From contig NMRA01000012.1 of the NCBI GenBank assembly GCA_002633005.1, forward strand, positions 1,925,992 to 1,989,991: a DNA stretch of 64,000 nucleotides. Direction: 5' to 3'. The notes under the pieces were generated by a model that had not been told where the DNA came from, ran no database searches, and saw nothing but the letters and a program-made list of their open reading frames with translations. The stretch is from Phoronis australis (taxonomy: Eukaryota > Animalia > Phoronida). The position numbers and the translations under genes are program-made. This document shows positions 34,801-48,300 of this stretch, piece after piece (position 1 is the stretch's first letter; each line of letters begins with the position of its first letter).

Positions 34801-37800
34801 GTAACGCAACCGCACTTGTCGTTATGGAGTAGAACTACTCTATCTAAATTGATACAAATTAGGTTGTTTTTGGGTGGCATGCTCCTTTAAAAGTTGATGA
34901 GGAACAATCTGCATAAGCTTCTCCACCTGTACGAACGGGTGTTCTAGAACAACTCGAGTTTATATTTTAATAAACAACATACTTGTGTTGAAATTAGTTG
35001 TTAATGAGATCGTAGTAACTTCATGTTCATTCTTCACGCGCAGTGTAAGCGAATGATTTAGTCCCTTGATAAAGTACAGGATACCGCCAATACACATAAT
35101 TTGATGAGTAACACTATACTTTAATAGTGTTCTTGCTTCCCCAACTGTTATTTACCAAATGGTGTCATGGTCTTAGACGCTACTTGTATTTGTACCACTG
35201 TTTCCGGCGAGTTGTGACTGTGAATTCTGTAAAGCAGTTCCTCAACCATACGGGAGTGGTTTACAGGAAATATGGCCATGTGATCCCCGGGTGAAAACGA
35301 CAGTTGATCGCCACAGTCAAACTGGATGGCAAGTGTTTCTTTGCTGTCAAGAGAAGGCGACAAACGGTTTCAATACTGAAATGATACGTCTTTATAAAGG
35401 TCGTATATAATTAAGCGACCAACGTGTGCACGATACCCTAGTTTGAGACGTTGAACTTTACATTAAAGATTGGCTCAATATTTACATTATGACTATGTTT
35501 ACCGTTTTCTGGCAATAACCGTTCATTCTGATATCCATCAGAAATTGTAATATTGGAACACAGTTCACAAAATTGATCTTTTTACAAACAGATGGAGCTA
35601 GCAGTCACGTTCTGATTGATTGTGGGAAGGCAGTCACCACAGCAGCCTGAAACCAACCAATTATTAAGTGCCACGTGGCAAATTTTAACATGTTACTGAA
35701 ACGCCGTCGAACGAACATAGAAAGTACATACTTAAAATTTCTGCCAACGAGTGGCCTGGGTGACAAATACTCCCCGAATTTCTTACAGACAACTATTTTA
35801 AGTAGGGCAAACAAAACAATGAAAACACAATGTGAGGTAGGAATGGCTGCCACTACTGTCAAATTACATGTATGACACACAGAATATTGGCCCTGCAAGA
35901 TGTTACAGAACGTTTATCAACTAAGGAGTACACGTAGGCTAGAACACGTCACACCACTTTTGCATTAGCAATTAGCGAAATTTTTGTCAATGCAAGCAGT
36001 GATGACGTGTTATAGCTTCCACGTGACTCACGCAAATTTAGACTTGAATCCCTTTAGAACCGCGCTGGTTAAGTATCCTATGTATTTTGGCAAACATGCC
36101 ACGCGGCTACGTTCATTTGTATTGACATTAAGATCGCAACCTAACTTACCCGGATTCTCCCGGGTGGAGATTTTTGGACGATTTCATCAAGACTGTAGAC
36201 ACATTCTTCTTGTGTAGGATACTCAATGCTAAATATGAAGAGAAGGTCTATGCAGTTTAGAACATTGTTAATAAAAATCCAAGTAGAGTGTCATCAACAA
36301 AGACACAACTGAATAAATATCTCATAACAGGAATCCCAGTTATCGTTAGGGTAAATCCCTGGAGCCAATTCAAATACATAGATTGATGTAGCCAAGTCAG
36401 TGAGATATTCACATGCATTACATTATGAAAACGCTACCTTTATCTTTAGCTATGACTTCTCCCACGCAACTAGCCAAGGCAAAATTAGATGGAGACCATC
36501 CTTTACCGTCCATCTGGACAGAATAACTGCCGCCAACATTGACGTCACAGTCGTTGAAACAGAACGTTTCACATGCCGCCTGTAAATAAAACAAGAGCAA
36601 CGCAGAGCGTTGAAATGCGCCCACGAATGCACCATAAACGATGTCCTTCTAGGGTTGTTTATTTGTATCATAAAGATGACCAGTAGATGGCGCAAAAACG
36701 CCATCGCTTTATTGATAGAACGCTATTTACCAAATTTCATAAAAAACTGTCAAGGAAATTCAGAGAAACAAAGGAAAAAATAAAAAAATAAAATTGCCAC
36801 TAGGGGGCACAGTGTTCGTTGGATCCGCCCGAAAGTCGCCATCGTCTGTTGTTGGCTTCATATAAATACACTTACTAAATTTAATAAAGATCCTGCAGTG
36901 GGTTTAGGAGATACAGCTATGGGCGCAAAACAAAACTACCACTAGGAGGCACCTCAGTAGTTGAAGTAATTGTCAACCCTCTTCTTCACACTGACAACAT
37001 ATACATGCCAATTTTCAACATAATCCTTAAAACAGACACGAAAACAGCAAAATGACCACTAGGTGGCGCAAAATACATCGATTCCATACGAAAACGGGAG
37101 AATAGTGTCATCTAATGAATAGATGCTTATATTTCAATACAGAGGAGAACGTAAAAAACTAAAATTGTCTCTAGGGGGCACATCGGTAGTCAGATCCGTC
37201 CGAAAGTCGTAGTCGTCTGTTGTCGACATCATATGAATACATTTGCTAAATTTAATAACGATCCTTCAAACAGTTTAGGAGATAGGCCTTACAGCCATTG
37301 AGCGCAAAAAATGCCACTAGGAGGCGCTAAAGTAGTGGAAATAGTCGGAAAATCATCGTCAGAACATAGTAAGAACACACATGCCAATTTGGATGGACGG
37401 GAATGACGGCATAATGCATCCACATATAAATATGTGGGCGCGTAAAAATCAGGCGTTCATCGAACTTCACGAGAGACAAAATTGGTAGTTCCATACATTG
37501 TATGCTGCCGTCGAAATGAGTCACACTGCATATACATTGCAATTTAAGGGATAATCTAGCGAAACATCTGACGACATTTGTATTTAAGTAACACTGTTTC
37601 TTTTGTAACGAATTAATTGTACCTAAGGCTTGAAACTCATCACTATTTCCCAGCAATACCGAGCCATCAGTTGGCGGAATCTGGTGTCGACAGATCCATG
37701 CATTTAGTAAGCCCTGTGTATCACATGTCAACGGAAGACCTTCCTAATGCCTTGGAGCGATAGGGAATTTCTGTGGGGGTTTTGTTGCACACATAATACA

Positions 37801-40800
37801 GTTCACACAAGCAATTTTGTCACAAAGTCTTGGAATACTATCGTCAAACTTCCACAATTTGATTCACGCAGAGTTGCCTTTGTCTACAAGTCTTGACCAT
37901 GTCACGATCAATGTTCGAATGACAAATGCAGCTTTATTCCATAGAATTCCAGTCGGTTATAAGTCATCCTACTCTTACAGAGCTACATTTGAGTCTCTGT
38001 GGCAAAGATCGGATCTCTACCCAATTCATTTTACCAAACATCTCACCTTGTAGACCTTCCCCATCCACTCCGTGAAGGATTGTTCTTGTCCGCAAAGTTC
38101 GTCACCTAACCCGATAGCGCAGATACGCTCGGCACCAAGCATTCCCATGCTCTGATTTAGGTAGTGTGCGAAGGCACAGAAATTGGGGTAAGCACTGGAT
38201 CCCAGACCAAACACTGCGAACCTAATATGAAGAAACACTGAAAACATGGTGGTTCATTTTGGCTTGAAACGTTCTTTTACATTATAAGGTCGTATAGTCT
38301 ACAGCGTACTTGGAGTCCATATTGCCCTATAGACACGTTCTCGGAATGGATATTTCCGACATGTAAAACAAAGTATTAATTTCTGCCAATCAAAAAAAAT
38401 GTAAACAGTACCATTATCCTCAATCTTGGTCCATAAACATCTGTTGCTAAAAAAAGCAGAAAGGTGATTTTTCGATAGCCTTGGGACGCTTACAGTGCAA
38501 ATCAACGATTCACAGGAAGCGAACAAGGAAACATACTTACGGGATATAAGATCATGTATACGTTCAAAATCAAGTTGATCTCGGTTTCAGGTGTACTGCT
38601 ACTCGACCTAATACAACGTCAGTCTATAATAACAGCTTAAATCCACTATAAATTCGCCTTCCATGACAAATATCAAATTTTGATTTAGACCACTTGCCGT
38701 TGTGAAATTAGTGGGAAATTGCTCCTTTGTCAACATAGGTGCGATTTCATGGATTGGAAAGAACTGGCAGCCCGCTAACACTTGAGACCAGGCTCGAGAA
38801 GTAGACTTGTCACTTGATGTCATTTTATTCACTGAGCAAGGTCTAGCTCGAGCAATGACGAACTGTCACTTCTTTGAAAGACCAAAAATCACTTCTAAGG
38901 AATGAACAAGTAAAGGCCAATTTTATTGCGGTACTAGTGGTCTAAATCTAAAGTTAAGTCTCTTCGAAGGAACGCGGGTTTATTGTCGCTTTAGTCATGA
39001 GGACAGTGAGAAGCATTAGGTGGTTATAGTGAACAGTGCCGGGTTGCATGAAACAGTCACAAATAGGGACTCAGCTAAGTTACCTCAATCTTTTGCCTAT
39101 TTGCGTCCATTTGTATCAAAACCAAAAAGATGACTTAGTAATGAAACTAAAACAGTGTAAGAAAGAACGATGGATGATTGCACAAGTTCACAAATATGCA
39201 GTAGATTTAAGGAACTAAGTTGAGTCCCTATTGGGAACTATATCATGTAACCGGGCACTGAATCCCTGGAAGAAAACTATGAAGTTAGCACCGTCGGACG
39301 TGCCATAGGGATGGCACTGTCAGTAGAAATACAGTAGCACAAAACATTTTGGAGCTGAAGAAACATATACACATACACTCTCACGCACAGACACGCGCAC
39401 GCGCACACGCCCACACAGCAAAGACAGTTAGTGTACTTACTTTACATTTATGAGCAGATTCACCTCCTCGTCCAAGCTCCTAAAAACATACAAGTATCAA
39501 CACTGCAGCTAATGGCCACGAAACGTCATTCGAGATTCGACTCAAAAATAACCAATTATTCATGTGGAATTTGAAAGTTTTCTCAAAGCGCGCCCGCTAT
39601 TAGTCAATTTTGAGTAGAGTTTCGAGTAGTGTTTGTTTGTCAGGGGCTGGTTGCGTAAAACAATCCCTTTGCTCTAGGTATGGCTTTAAGTCTTAGGGAA
39701 GACCCTAAGTTTTAGGGTGTGCATGAAAAGTTCTAAACTAGTTTAGGCATTTTAAAGAATATAAATTTAACGTTTTGAGTTACCTAAAGTAAGTCTCTAA
39801 GTTGAGTCCCTAACAGTGAAATGACTTATCAACTTCAACTTGCTGTTGAGAAAAGAATTTTTAGAGACAGAACCAACCGGGAAGTCTCAGGTCCTGAACA
39901 CTGGCAATCCACTCTACTCGAACACCTAATCAAAAAGAAAAATCTACAGAAACATTTTCGTTGATATTTTTCGTCATGTTAAGAGACCTCAGCCACGATG
40001 ATCATAGAAAATGTTTACATTTGGGAACTTGCCCAGGGCCCGCTTTTTCTCTCGACACCATTGCCTACCACTCATTAGCGCATTCTGTCTTTGAAGTATG
40101 CAGTGTCTGTAATCATGTCTAAGATATCTGAATCGAACAATGTAGACAAAGAATGTATTGTGTGATACTTGTGAAATTTGGTTGCCCTGGAGGTGAAGTT
40201 TTATTAGTTAAATACATTTTGCAGTGTATGCGCACTGTTTTAAGGTGTCAACTACGATCAATTTCAGTAAAAGGGTTCTAAAACCGCATTCCGTCCCAGA
40301 AGCAAACCTTTAAGTAGAACATTTATTGTTATAAAATTGATCTCAACTTGTTTTTTACTCAGATGAAAAGATGCTTTTGGGTTTGCAAAGAACCTTGAGA
40401 CCGTGATCGGCGTTTACAATGACACGCCGTGACTAGCCAAGTTGAAAAGCCCGCCTCCCGTTCAGTAACGCCAGGATCTCGCTAAAAAGCAAGACTTCGC
40501 GAGATTACGTGAGATATTGCCGTGTATCTTAAGCGAGAACACGTGGCTTTAGTTAGATTTTAGCTAGGTCCTGGGGTAGGTCCTAGCGTTATTGAACGCA
40601 CGCCTGGTCTCAAGCAGTAACGAACCGTGACTGGCAGTTCTTTTGAATTCCTGAAATTATCTCCTCTGACTTTGACGAAGAAACAATTTGAGACCAATTT
40701 CATAACGGTAAGTGCTCTAGATCAAAAGTTGTTTTTGTGATGGAAGGCCGCTTTGTTGCCACTTTAAGTAAGAAAGTAATACATTGGCGTTACCATTCTT

Positions 40801-42303
40801 TTTACGACTGGTATTAAATTTAACTCGAATCCCCCGGAAAATTCGCAGGCTTGACTGATTCGTATCGTCTTCAAACAATTACTGTAAAATGTTTAGTAAC
40901 AATAGAGTAGATTAAGACAGTATGTTTTCATGGACACTATGGTGAAACTCTAATCAACATCCTAGCTGGGCTACAATTCTTACCCGCTAATCTGGTCACT
41001 TGGCAAACAGATTCCCGTAGTATGAGATAACAAGTCGCTACGCTTTCGTACTAAGCTGCGCACTGTGGTTTCCCTGGGCCTCGTTCCAAGGCTGGAACTG
41101 TTATAATGAAATACAAAAGAACGTCGTTAGCTCAAATGCGCGATGGAAAGTCATGACTTTGCATTTAAATCATTAAAAAACATACAGACGTATGACTAAT
41201 GTTTCCAAAAATTACCTGATATGTTCATAAACACATAACTGCTGTCTTCTACAATCAAACGTATACCACGACGTACATCCGTAATCGCAAACTGCTCGGG
41301 TTAAACATTTCACCTATATATTCAGCGCTAAGTGTGCAGAAAATAGTATTTGCCTCGAAAGACTCACTTAACACGATTTCAAGTCTACCTTAAGTGCTCT
41401 CTTCCTGAAGGCAGGGTCCATTCTTGTCGTAATTTCAACAGTTCTTCGGAAAATGTCTGTAAGTGTTAAAGAACTCCTGTTTCAGCAGCGAAAACAAAGG
41501 CACTTTTGTAATTTGCCTGTATATTTTGAATGTCTCTATTGTGCTACTTTGTCTTATTTATAAGTCATAATAAACTGACCCCATAGCTTAAGGGCGCCTT
41601 GCTTTCCTGTCTGGGAACCGCTTCTTGGATACACCATGGTTCCCTGTTTTTCTACCATACGTGTCTCGTACAAGTTACAATGGCATAAACACTATGCCGT
41701 ACACCAGTGTCAGAGACTAGGGTGAAAAACCTGCGTATTGAGCAGTGCTTTGATTGGACTTTACTTAAGAATGGATTCCCTCAATTTCAATCTTTATACA
41801 TTATTCACTAATCGCTGGCCCAGAGCCGGTAGATGTACTCAGATGTTCTTTAATGAGCACATCTACCGGCTCTGGGTCAGCGATTAGTGAACACTGTTTT
41901 CAGGCATTCCACATCTCGTCGGACAATGCTACCGTCGTAGCCAGGGGGAGCGAGCACTGGTGCAGAAAGATATATGAAGCAATGGAAATCCGCCGGCATC
42001 CTAAAAGAGACTTGGGCTACGATTTCCCCGCCATCTTCCAGAACTTATTACCGACGATTCGACAGAGATCACATCGCAACACATGACAATGATGACGTAA
42101 CAGACACAGGCGAGGCCCCAGTTACCCGCCATTCCACCCGACGAAGTTCTCGAGATGAGACCGGAGCTAGTGGTCTTTACATAAACTTCATGACCGACTC
42201 CGAAAGGTTACAGTACAATGCTCATATTATTGTAACGGAGACAGTGACATGAACTTTCATTCTACTAATAATTGTATTATTAGTGAAATTGTATTAGTAT
42301 TTC

Positions 42304-42338
<35 letters not shown>

Positions 42339-45300
42339 TTTCATTTTTGAATCCCAAACTCTGTAAAATATTCAATTAGACAAATACATAGGAATGAGTA
42401 AATAATAGTTGAAGATGAATAGTTGCTGCAAGAACAACACTATTCATAAATAGATAAATAATTAAGAAATTAACCACCAATTCCCGGTATACGTTGTGTG
42501 TTTTCATTCAAAGATTTTTCTATAAAAAGCTAGGCAGCATTGTTTAAATTGGTTAAAAACGTGATTTTCTTTAGCGAAGAAGATGTACATACAATATCAA
42601 ATGTCCAAGCCAACCTGGAAACAACAGCTTATTTCGGTAAAGAATACATGAAATGATCGTTGTATATACGTTGACGTTTAAAATTGTCAGAAAACAGTCG
42701 CAGGTTGGCAAAAGTGGCTCGTCCGCAAGTTGGCTAACCAAGACCCTCGCTGGTTCCCTGTGTGCCGCTAGGTGGTAGCCAGCACACAGGTATCATTTAA
42801 TTTTCCTCGGGAAATGTTTTTTACACCGGCGTTTCTGATTGGCTGGTCGAATTCTCAACAGGCAGCGCTTTACGCAAACAAACTGGCATGACTGATGGAG
42901 GAAGTGTAAATGCGATCTGTTGTACAGGCAATTCGGTGCTTAAAATTTATGTTAAGGAAATGTGAATCCCAGAAATTGTGGTTGCGCCTTTTCGGAGTGC
43001 ATCTTTCTACTGTCGATGACTTTTGTTTACGACACTGTCCTGAATTCATACAGTATGAATAACAACCCGGTTAAATCGGCTAGATATGTGTTTATTATAC
43101 ATGTATATGCTTCAAGCACGCGGCCATTAAACATTACTGCAAAAACGAAATAGTTGCCGCTACGTCACTTGCATGACAAGGTTAAAATCGTTCATAGTAG
43201 TTGTAGAGTTAACCAATGACTGCCGAGGTTACATCAACCAATGCTAAAGTGCGAGCTACTGCGTGATACCTGCGTACTGGCCTCGCTGGTTCCCTAAGTG
43301 CCTAGCCAGCAAACAGAGGAAAAGAATCGGTTATCAAAAGCAGAAACGGTCACCTGGCATTGATTCCCCGATATTACAAGATGATGACATGCATTTTTCG
43401 TTTGAAAATACCGCATGTGGAAACATGTGGAGATAACTGTGACCGGTTATAAATAATATAAATCATGCTAATGTTGACTTACGAAGTAAATGTGTATTTA
43501 AGTCGTCTAAATTCTTATAATTAGTTTTATCCAAACTCAGTTTTAAGTTGATACCGAGGGTTAGTAATAGCAGAACGAGCAAAGTATTGCTTTTTTATTT
43601 TTGTATTATTCTGACTTAACCTGACCTGTTTACAAAATTGTAGAAAACTTAGAGCTTTGTTACGGCATGAGATTATATCTGCTAGCGAGAATAATTGCCG
43701 TCGTTGTTAAGACTGATGACGAAGCGATACACTGAGAAAGCAGCGGCGGATTGGGTACTCGTACCTGCCCGTTGTCCGGAGGGTCTCCGTTCCCAAATGT
43801 ACTCGTAATGAATATAACCAGCGGTTCGTGTTCCAGCTCCAGTACGTTATAATCCTCCATGCAACATATCTGAAACATCGAACGGATTCTGTAACAGTTC
43901 ATTCTAGTTCATTATAGATCCTGGGCACTAAAAATGAGAATAAAAACCATTAAGTCACCAGGGTTGAGCTTGAGCCCATAATAATCTTTAGCCGGGACAC
44001 TACTTAAAAACTGACCAATAGCGTTGTACTCTTTGGGTAGACTTTGAAATTTCGTGCGATGCTATTGGTGAATGTTTGCCTTGAGTCTCGAGTGACATTC
44101 GGTGGTCTCGGCCCCTCCATTTGATTTCGTATAGTATCTATCCCTCGTGCTCATTGTCACGGTAGTTTAATTACTGTCGCCCACTTCGTCCATATCCACG
44201 GCGTTGTTGCAGCGCCGGTTGATCGCTGTTGTCGGACGTCACCCTCGCTGATATTTTCTTCTTCGTTCACTCGAGTGTATGATTGCTGTCAGTGTCCAAC
44301 CGCAGTACTACTAATACAAACGTAGGGATTCACTAATAGTAACGTGAATACCCACAGAGCTAGACATTGCTGGTGGGGAAACTTTCTGATTCGAAGCTAA
44401 ATTCTGAATCGATATTGAGTGACGTCACTGAATACTGACAAGACTGGAAACTCATCAAACGACATCAAGTGGATGAAACTGAGCTTAAATAGGGATAACC
44501 TGTTTCCCTAGCGAAGAGACGAAAATTTGCGTGCGGGCGATAAGATTTCGTCTCATTAACGTCAATTTTTATTTTTCTGAGACATTACAAAATCAATTTC
44601 ACTGTCTTGAAATAAATTTCAATTCAATGATTTTCCACAGCGATATCAGTTAAAAGTCATCAAGTCGTTGCAACAGTTACTATACACTCCGACTTTGACG
44701 TTAAAGTGCTTAAAATCACCAACTGCATATCAAAAACATCTAAAAACAATCCCACCATAAGAACAACTGTCAAATTAGAACACTACCTGGCGATATATTG
44801 ATTAGAATCGGACTACCAATCACAGTAAAAGCCATCCTCCATTGTGCTTAGTGTGAAAAGTCGTCAGATGTCGTTGCTTGCTTCCTCGTGATGTATGTTA
44901 TAACAAAGAATGGCGAGGTTGGGGGTTGTGATAACTCAGTATTTGATCATGCTGTGGCTCTTTCCACTTCACCGCAAGAGAGAAGCTCGGACATGGCACA
45001 AGTTTGTACAAGAAACAAGCGTGTTGATTACCATGACACACTGGGTATGTTCACACGTCACACTCATGTCCGTGGAGCTACATGTAAGAAACTTTTCAAT
45101 TAAAATTGCCATTCTTCTATCGTTTTTGGATGTTGAATTCACGGTTGTGGTATGAAGGGCTATGAATAAAGGTTTAATTATGTAGTCACTTGTCAAAAAG
45201 GTAAAGTTGTGGTTTTAAGCACTTTAAAAGTTGTAAACAGAACATTCGTTTTACACACCTAGTGTATGACTACTAAAGTTTACCTTGACGTCAAACGAAC

Positions 45301-48300
45301 GATTGAAGACACCACAAAGCGTCTTGGCAAACTGTTGAGATTTCCCGGTTTCCGTAGCGTAGAGTACTGTACATTTCACTCGCTTTGCCAGTGCCATGCT
45401 CATCAAGTGCGCCGAGAATTTGACAGCTCTGAAAGCAAAACCTACCCGATATATCCAAGACATGCTATACTTTTCTTCAACAAACCCATGCGCTTAGGCG
45501 GATCGAGAGTATGGATCCAAAGAGCACCCCCGCCCCCTTTTAGCCAAAGCGGCAAACAAAACCCAGGAGACAATTACTATTTTTCAATTCTGTAGACCGA
45601 TGAGCTCGCAAATCACCACACCAAATTTCTATACCGCTTCATTGTGTGTGGGATAAAATCTAGAATTCCCTTCAGCAACCTATCGTTTTACTTGGACCTC
45701 CTCTTTTGTAAAATGCTTGATCCGACTTTGATGCACCCCTCCGTTACCAAGACTAAATGTTTGAAGAATTTACTTGGAATTTAAGCCTTTATAAACCAGT
45801 TTTTGTCAAAATTGTCTTTTGATTTAGACTTCTTAAACCTACTGCTATAAAAGTAGTCTCAACTAGTTCCATACTCAGATTAAAAAGAACGTTTGATCGT
45901 ACGTTATTATTGCTTAAAACTGTAGGTCCTATTTCCTTAGTAGTTGCCAAAAAGCGCAAAATTTAAGCTTATAAAATCGGTCGTCTAATAATATTCCTTA
46001 CCGTGACATAGTTTGATTTCTGTTCTCGACATGAACATCGAAACCTTCCGCGGCTTAAGAAAACACGTTGGGCTTTATTGGATCTGACCAACTACAGAAT
46101 TACAATTCAGGATCGAGGTGTTGTTACCCCAAAGCGCATAGGTTAAGAATTCGACAATGACAGCTAAACACCGGCGAAATCCACCTTTACGGTAATGTCC
46201 GGCGCATGACATTATCCGCCGAGACAAATCGTCTTACTAAGGCTTGGTCACCATCAACAATCAAATGTCGGTTCGTTATAAGTCCAGAAATCACCTCTAA
46301 TTTGAGTAAGGAACAAATTAAGGCCTATTTCATTACTGTAAGTTATTGAAATCCAAAAAATGACAGAAGGAATGTTACTACTGCTTCCATTAGGGAAGGG
46401 TCTTAAGCTGCTAATAATCTCCTTGTCAACTCAATCAAGAATATTAAAGGCACGCCTTGCTGTAAGTGAGGGCTTGCCATGGATAACAAATGGTGACCTT
46501 CACCTACACCACGAACAGGAATACAAGAAAGTGTTTTCATTGATATGAAATTGTGGTCTGATAATTTCGTAGGCCAGCTGCTTCGCACATGACCGTCCGC
46601 TCAAACACTGGGACAAATGCAGACGCACTATCAGAGTCTGGCGTCATGTAACATGAAAAAGTAGATGATACGCTACTGCAATGATGTGTCATACTACATT
46701 AAACATTTAAAAACTTCTTTTCTAGTGCTAGTCTTGTCTTCGTTTAAATAATACATAACGAATCACTGAGAGTTCATCACCATCACGGTAAACATAATCA
46801 AGTCCTTTTCTAGTTATACACACCTGGCAACATCCCTGAACTTCAACTTCTTCTTCCTTATAGTTGCTCTGATGGCGGAAGTAGAATTGTCAGCACTTGC
46901 TGTTTTCCACACGTAATTTTCCCAGGCAGGAGTCTACGCAAATACACCATAACGATTTGCACTTTTTTGAGTTTTTGAAAGCTTTTTAAAGTTTAATTTT
47001 TATTCAAGCATTTCACTTCTGTTAACATTTTTATTTCAGTAACTACTTGTGTATTGTATTTGGTGAGGTATATCCATACACATAAGCCAAGGAACCCCAT
47101 CCCCTTCTTCCAAGTGTACCGTAAAACTCCACAGAATGGGATTCCCTCTTCTCTGAAGTTATGCTGAGCAAATTGAGGACGAGTATGGCTCACGGAGCCC
47201 AGTTGTTTCCGGCTCGTGACAAGTTCTGGCATTTAAGAAATTATATGGGAGATCGAATTTCACCCCAAACAATAAGTCTTCTCTATTCCGATTTAATAAG
47301 GTGACATTTAATTTGTACTAAGATTCAAAAAGTACATGCGCAAAACGAGGTACTGGCACGATAGCAACTTTAGGAGAATAAATCTGATAGGGTTCGAGGC
47401 TAATTGTAGTTACTTCTTTTCTTATGTTGGCGTAGTTACTTGAGTGTGTACCTGATACTCGTAGCTGGGCTTCAAACGATAGTTTAGCATTTCCTGGTGG
47501 AAAACCTGAGTGGTACTAGCACCCATAGGGGGCACTATCCATACCCAATCAGCAGGGCAGCCTCCACGAGTCGTCTCCTCTCTCTTCATGAATTTCATAA
47601 AACTTTCAGATGCTGAGTGGTGGTCCGTTATTGTGACGTTGTTTTTCTGTTAAAAACGGAAACAGATCGTAGAAAGAGACGATAGATTCTCGGCATTTAG
47701 TAAGTTCAGTATTAAATCACAACAGAATAATAAAAGATTTTTAACGGAGATAAAATGTAGGCCTACAACTCATGCTAAGCTTATGCTTATTTCAGCATGG
47801 TTCTCCAGGGTAAAACTAATGCTTATTTTCAGCATGGTTCCCCAGGGTAGAATTAAACAGTAATAATAAGTTAAGGTAAAGATGAAATAAATGGAAAAGA
47901 CAGACAATGTTACAAGTGCGCATGACCTTCCAGTTTCCTGCTGAACCCCACATGGCAGTCATGGCTATAAGTCACTTTTAGAAAATCGGGAAGGGCATAC
48001 CATTCCCTCAAACCAGTTGGTCGTCGTTGGCTATCTCGAGGAGAAGGAATGTTTGAAGTTAAATATTTTGGAACATTTCCATAATAACACAAAGTGTGTT
48101 TCGTTGACAAAAAGTTGATAAGCATTCAGCTTAATCGTATCACGTTTTTATTATGAATGTTAACGGCTACAAGTCATTTCTGAAAATGAACTATCAATTT
48201 TCTACAATTTTCTGTAAATTTTAATTAGTGTTGAAATACCTGAAAGCTATGAAGTACAGCATAGTTGAACTCGACCATGGCTCTGTCTTTCCAAAGTGTA

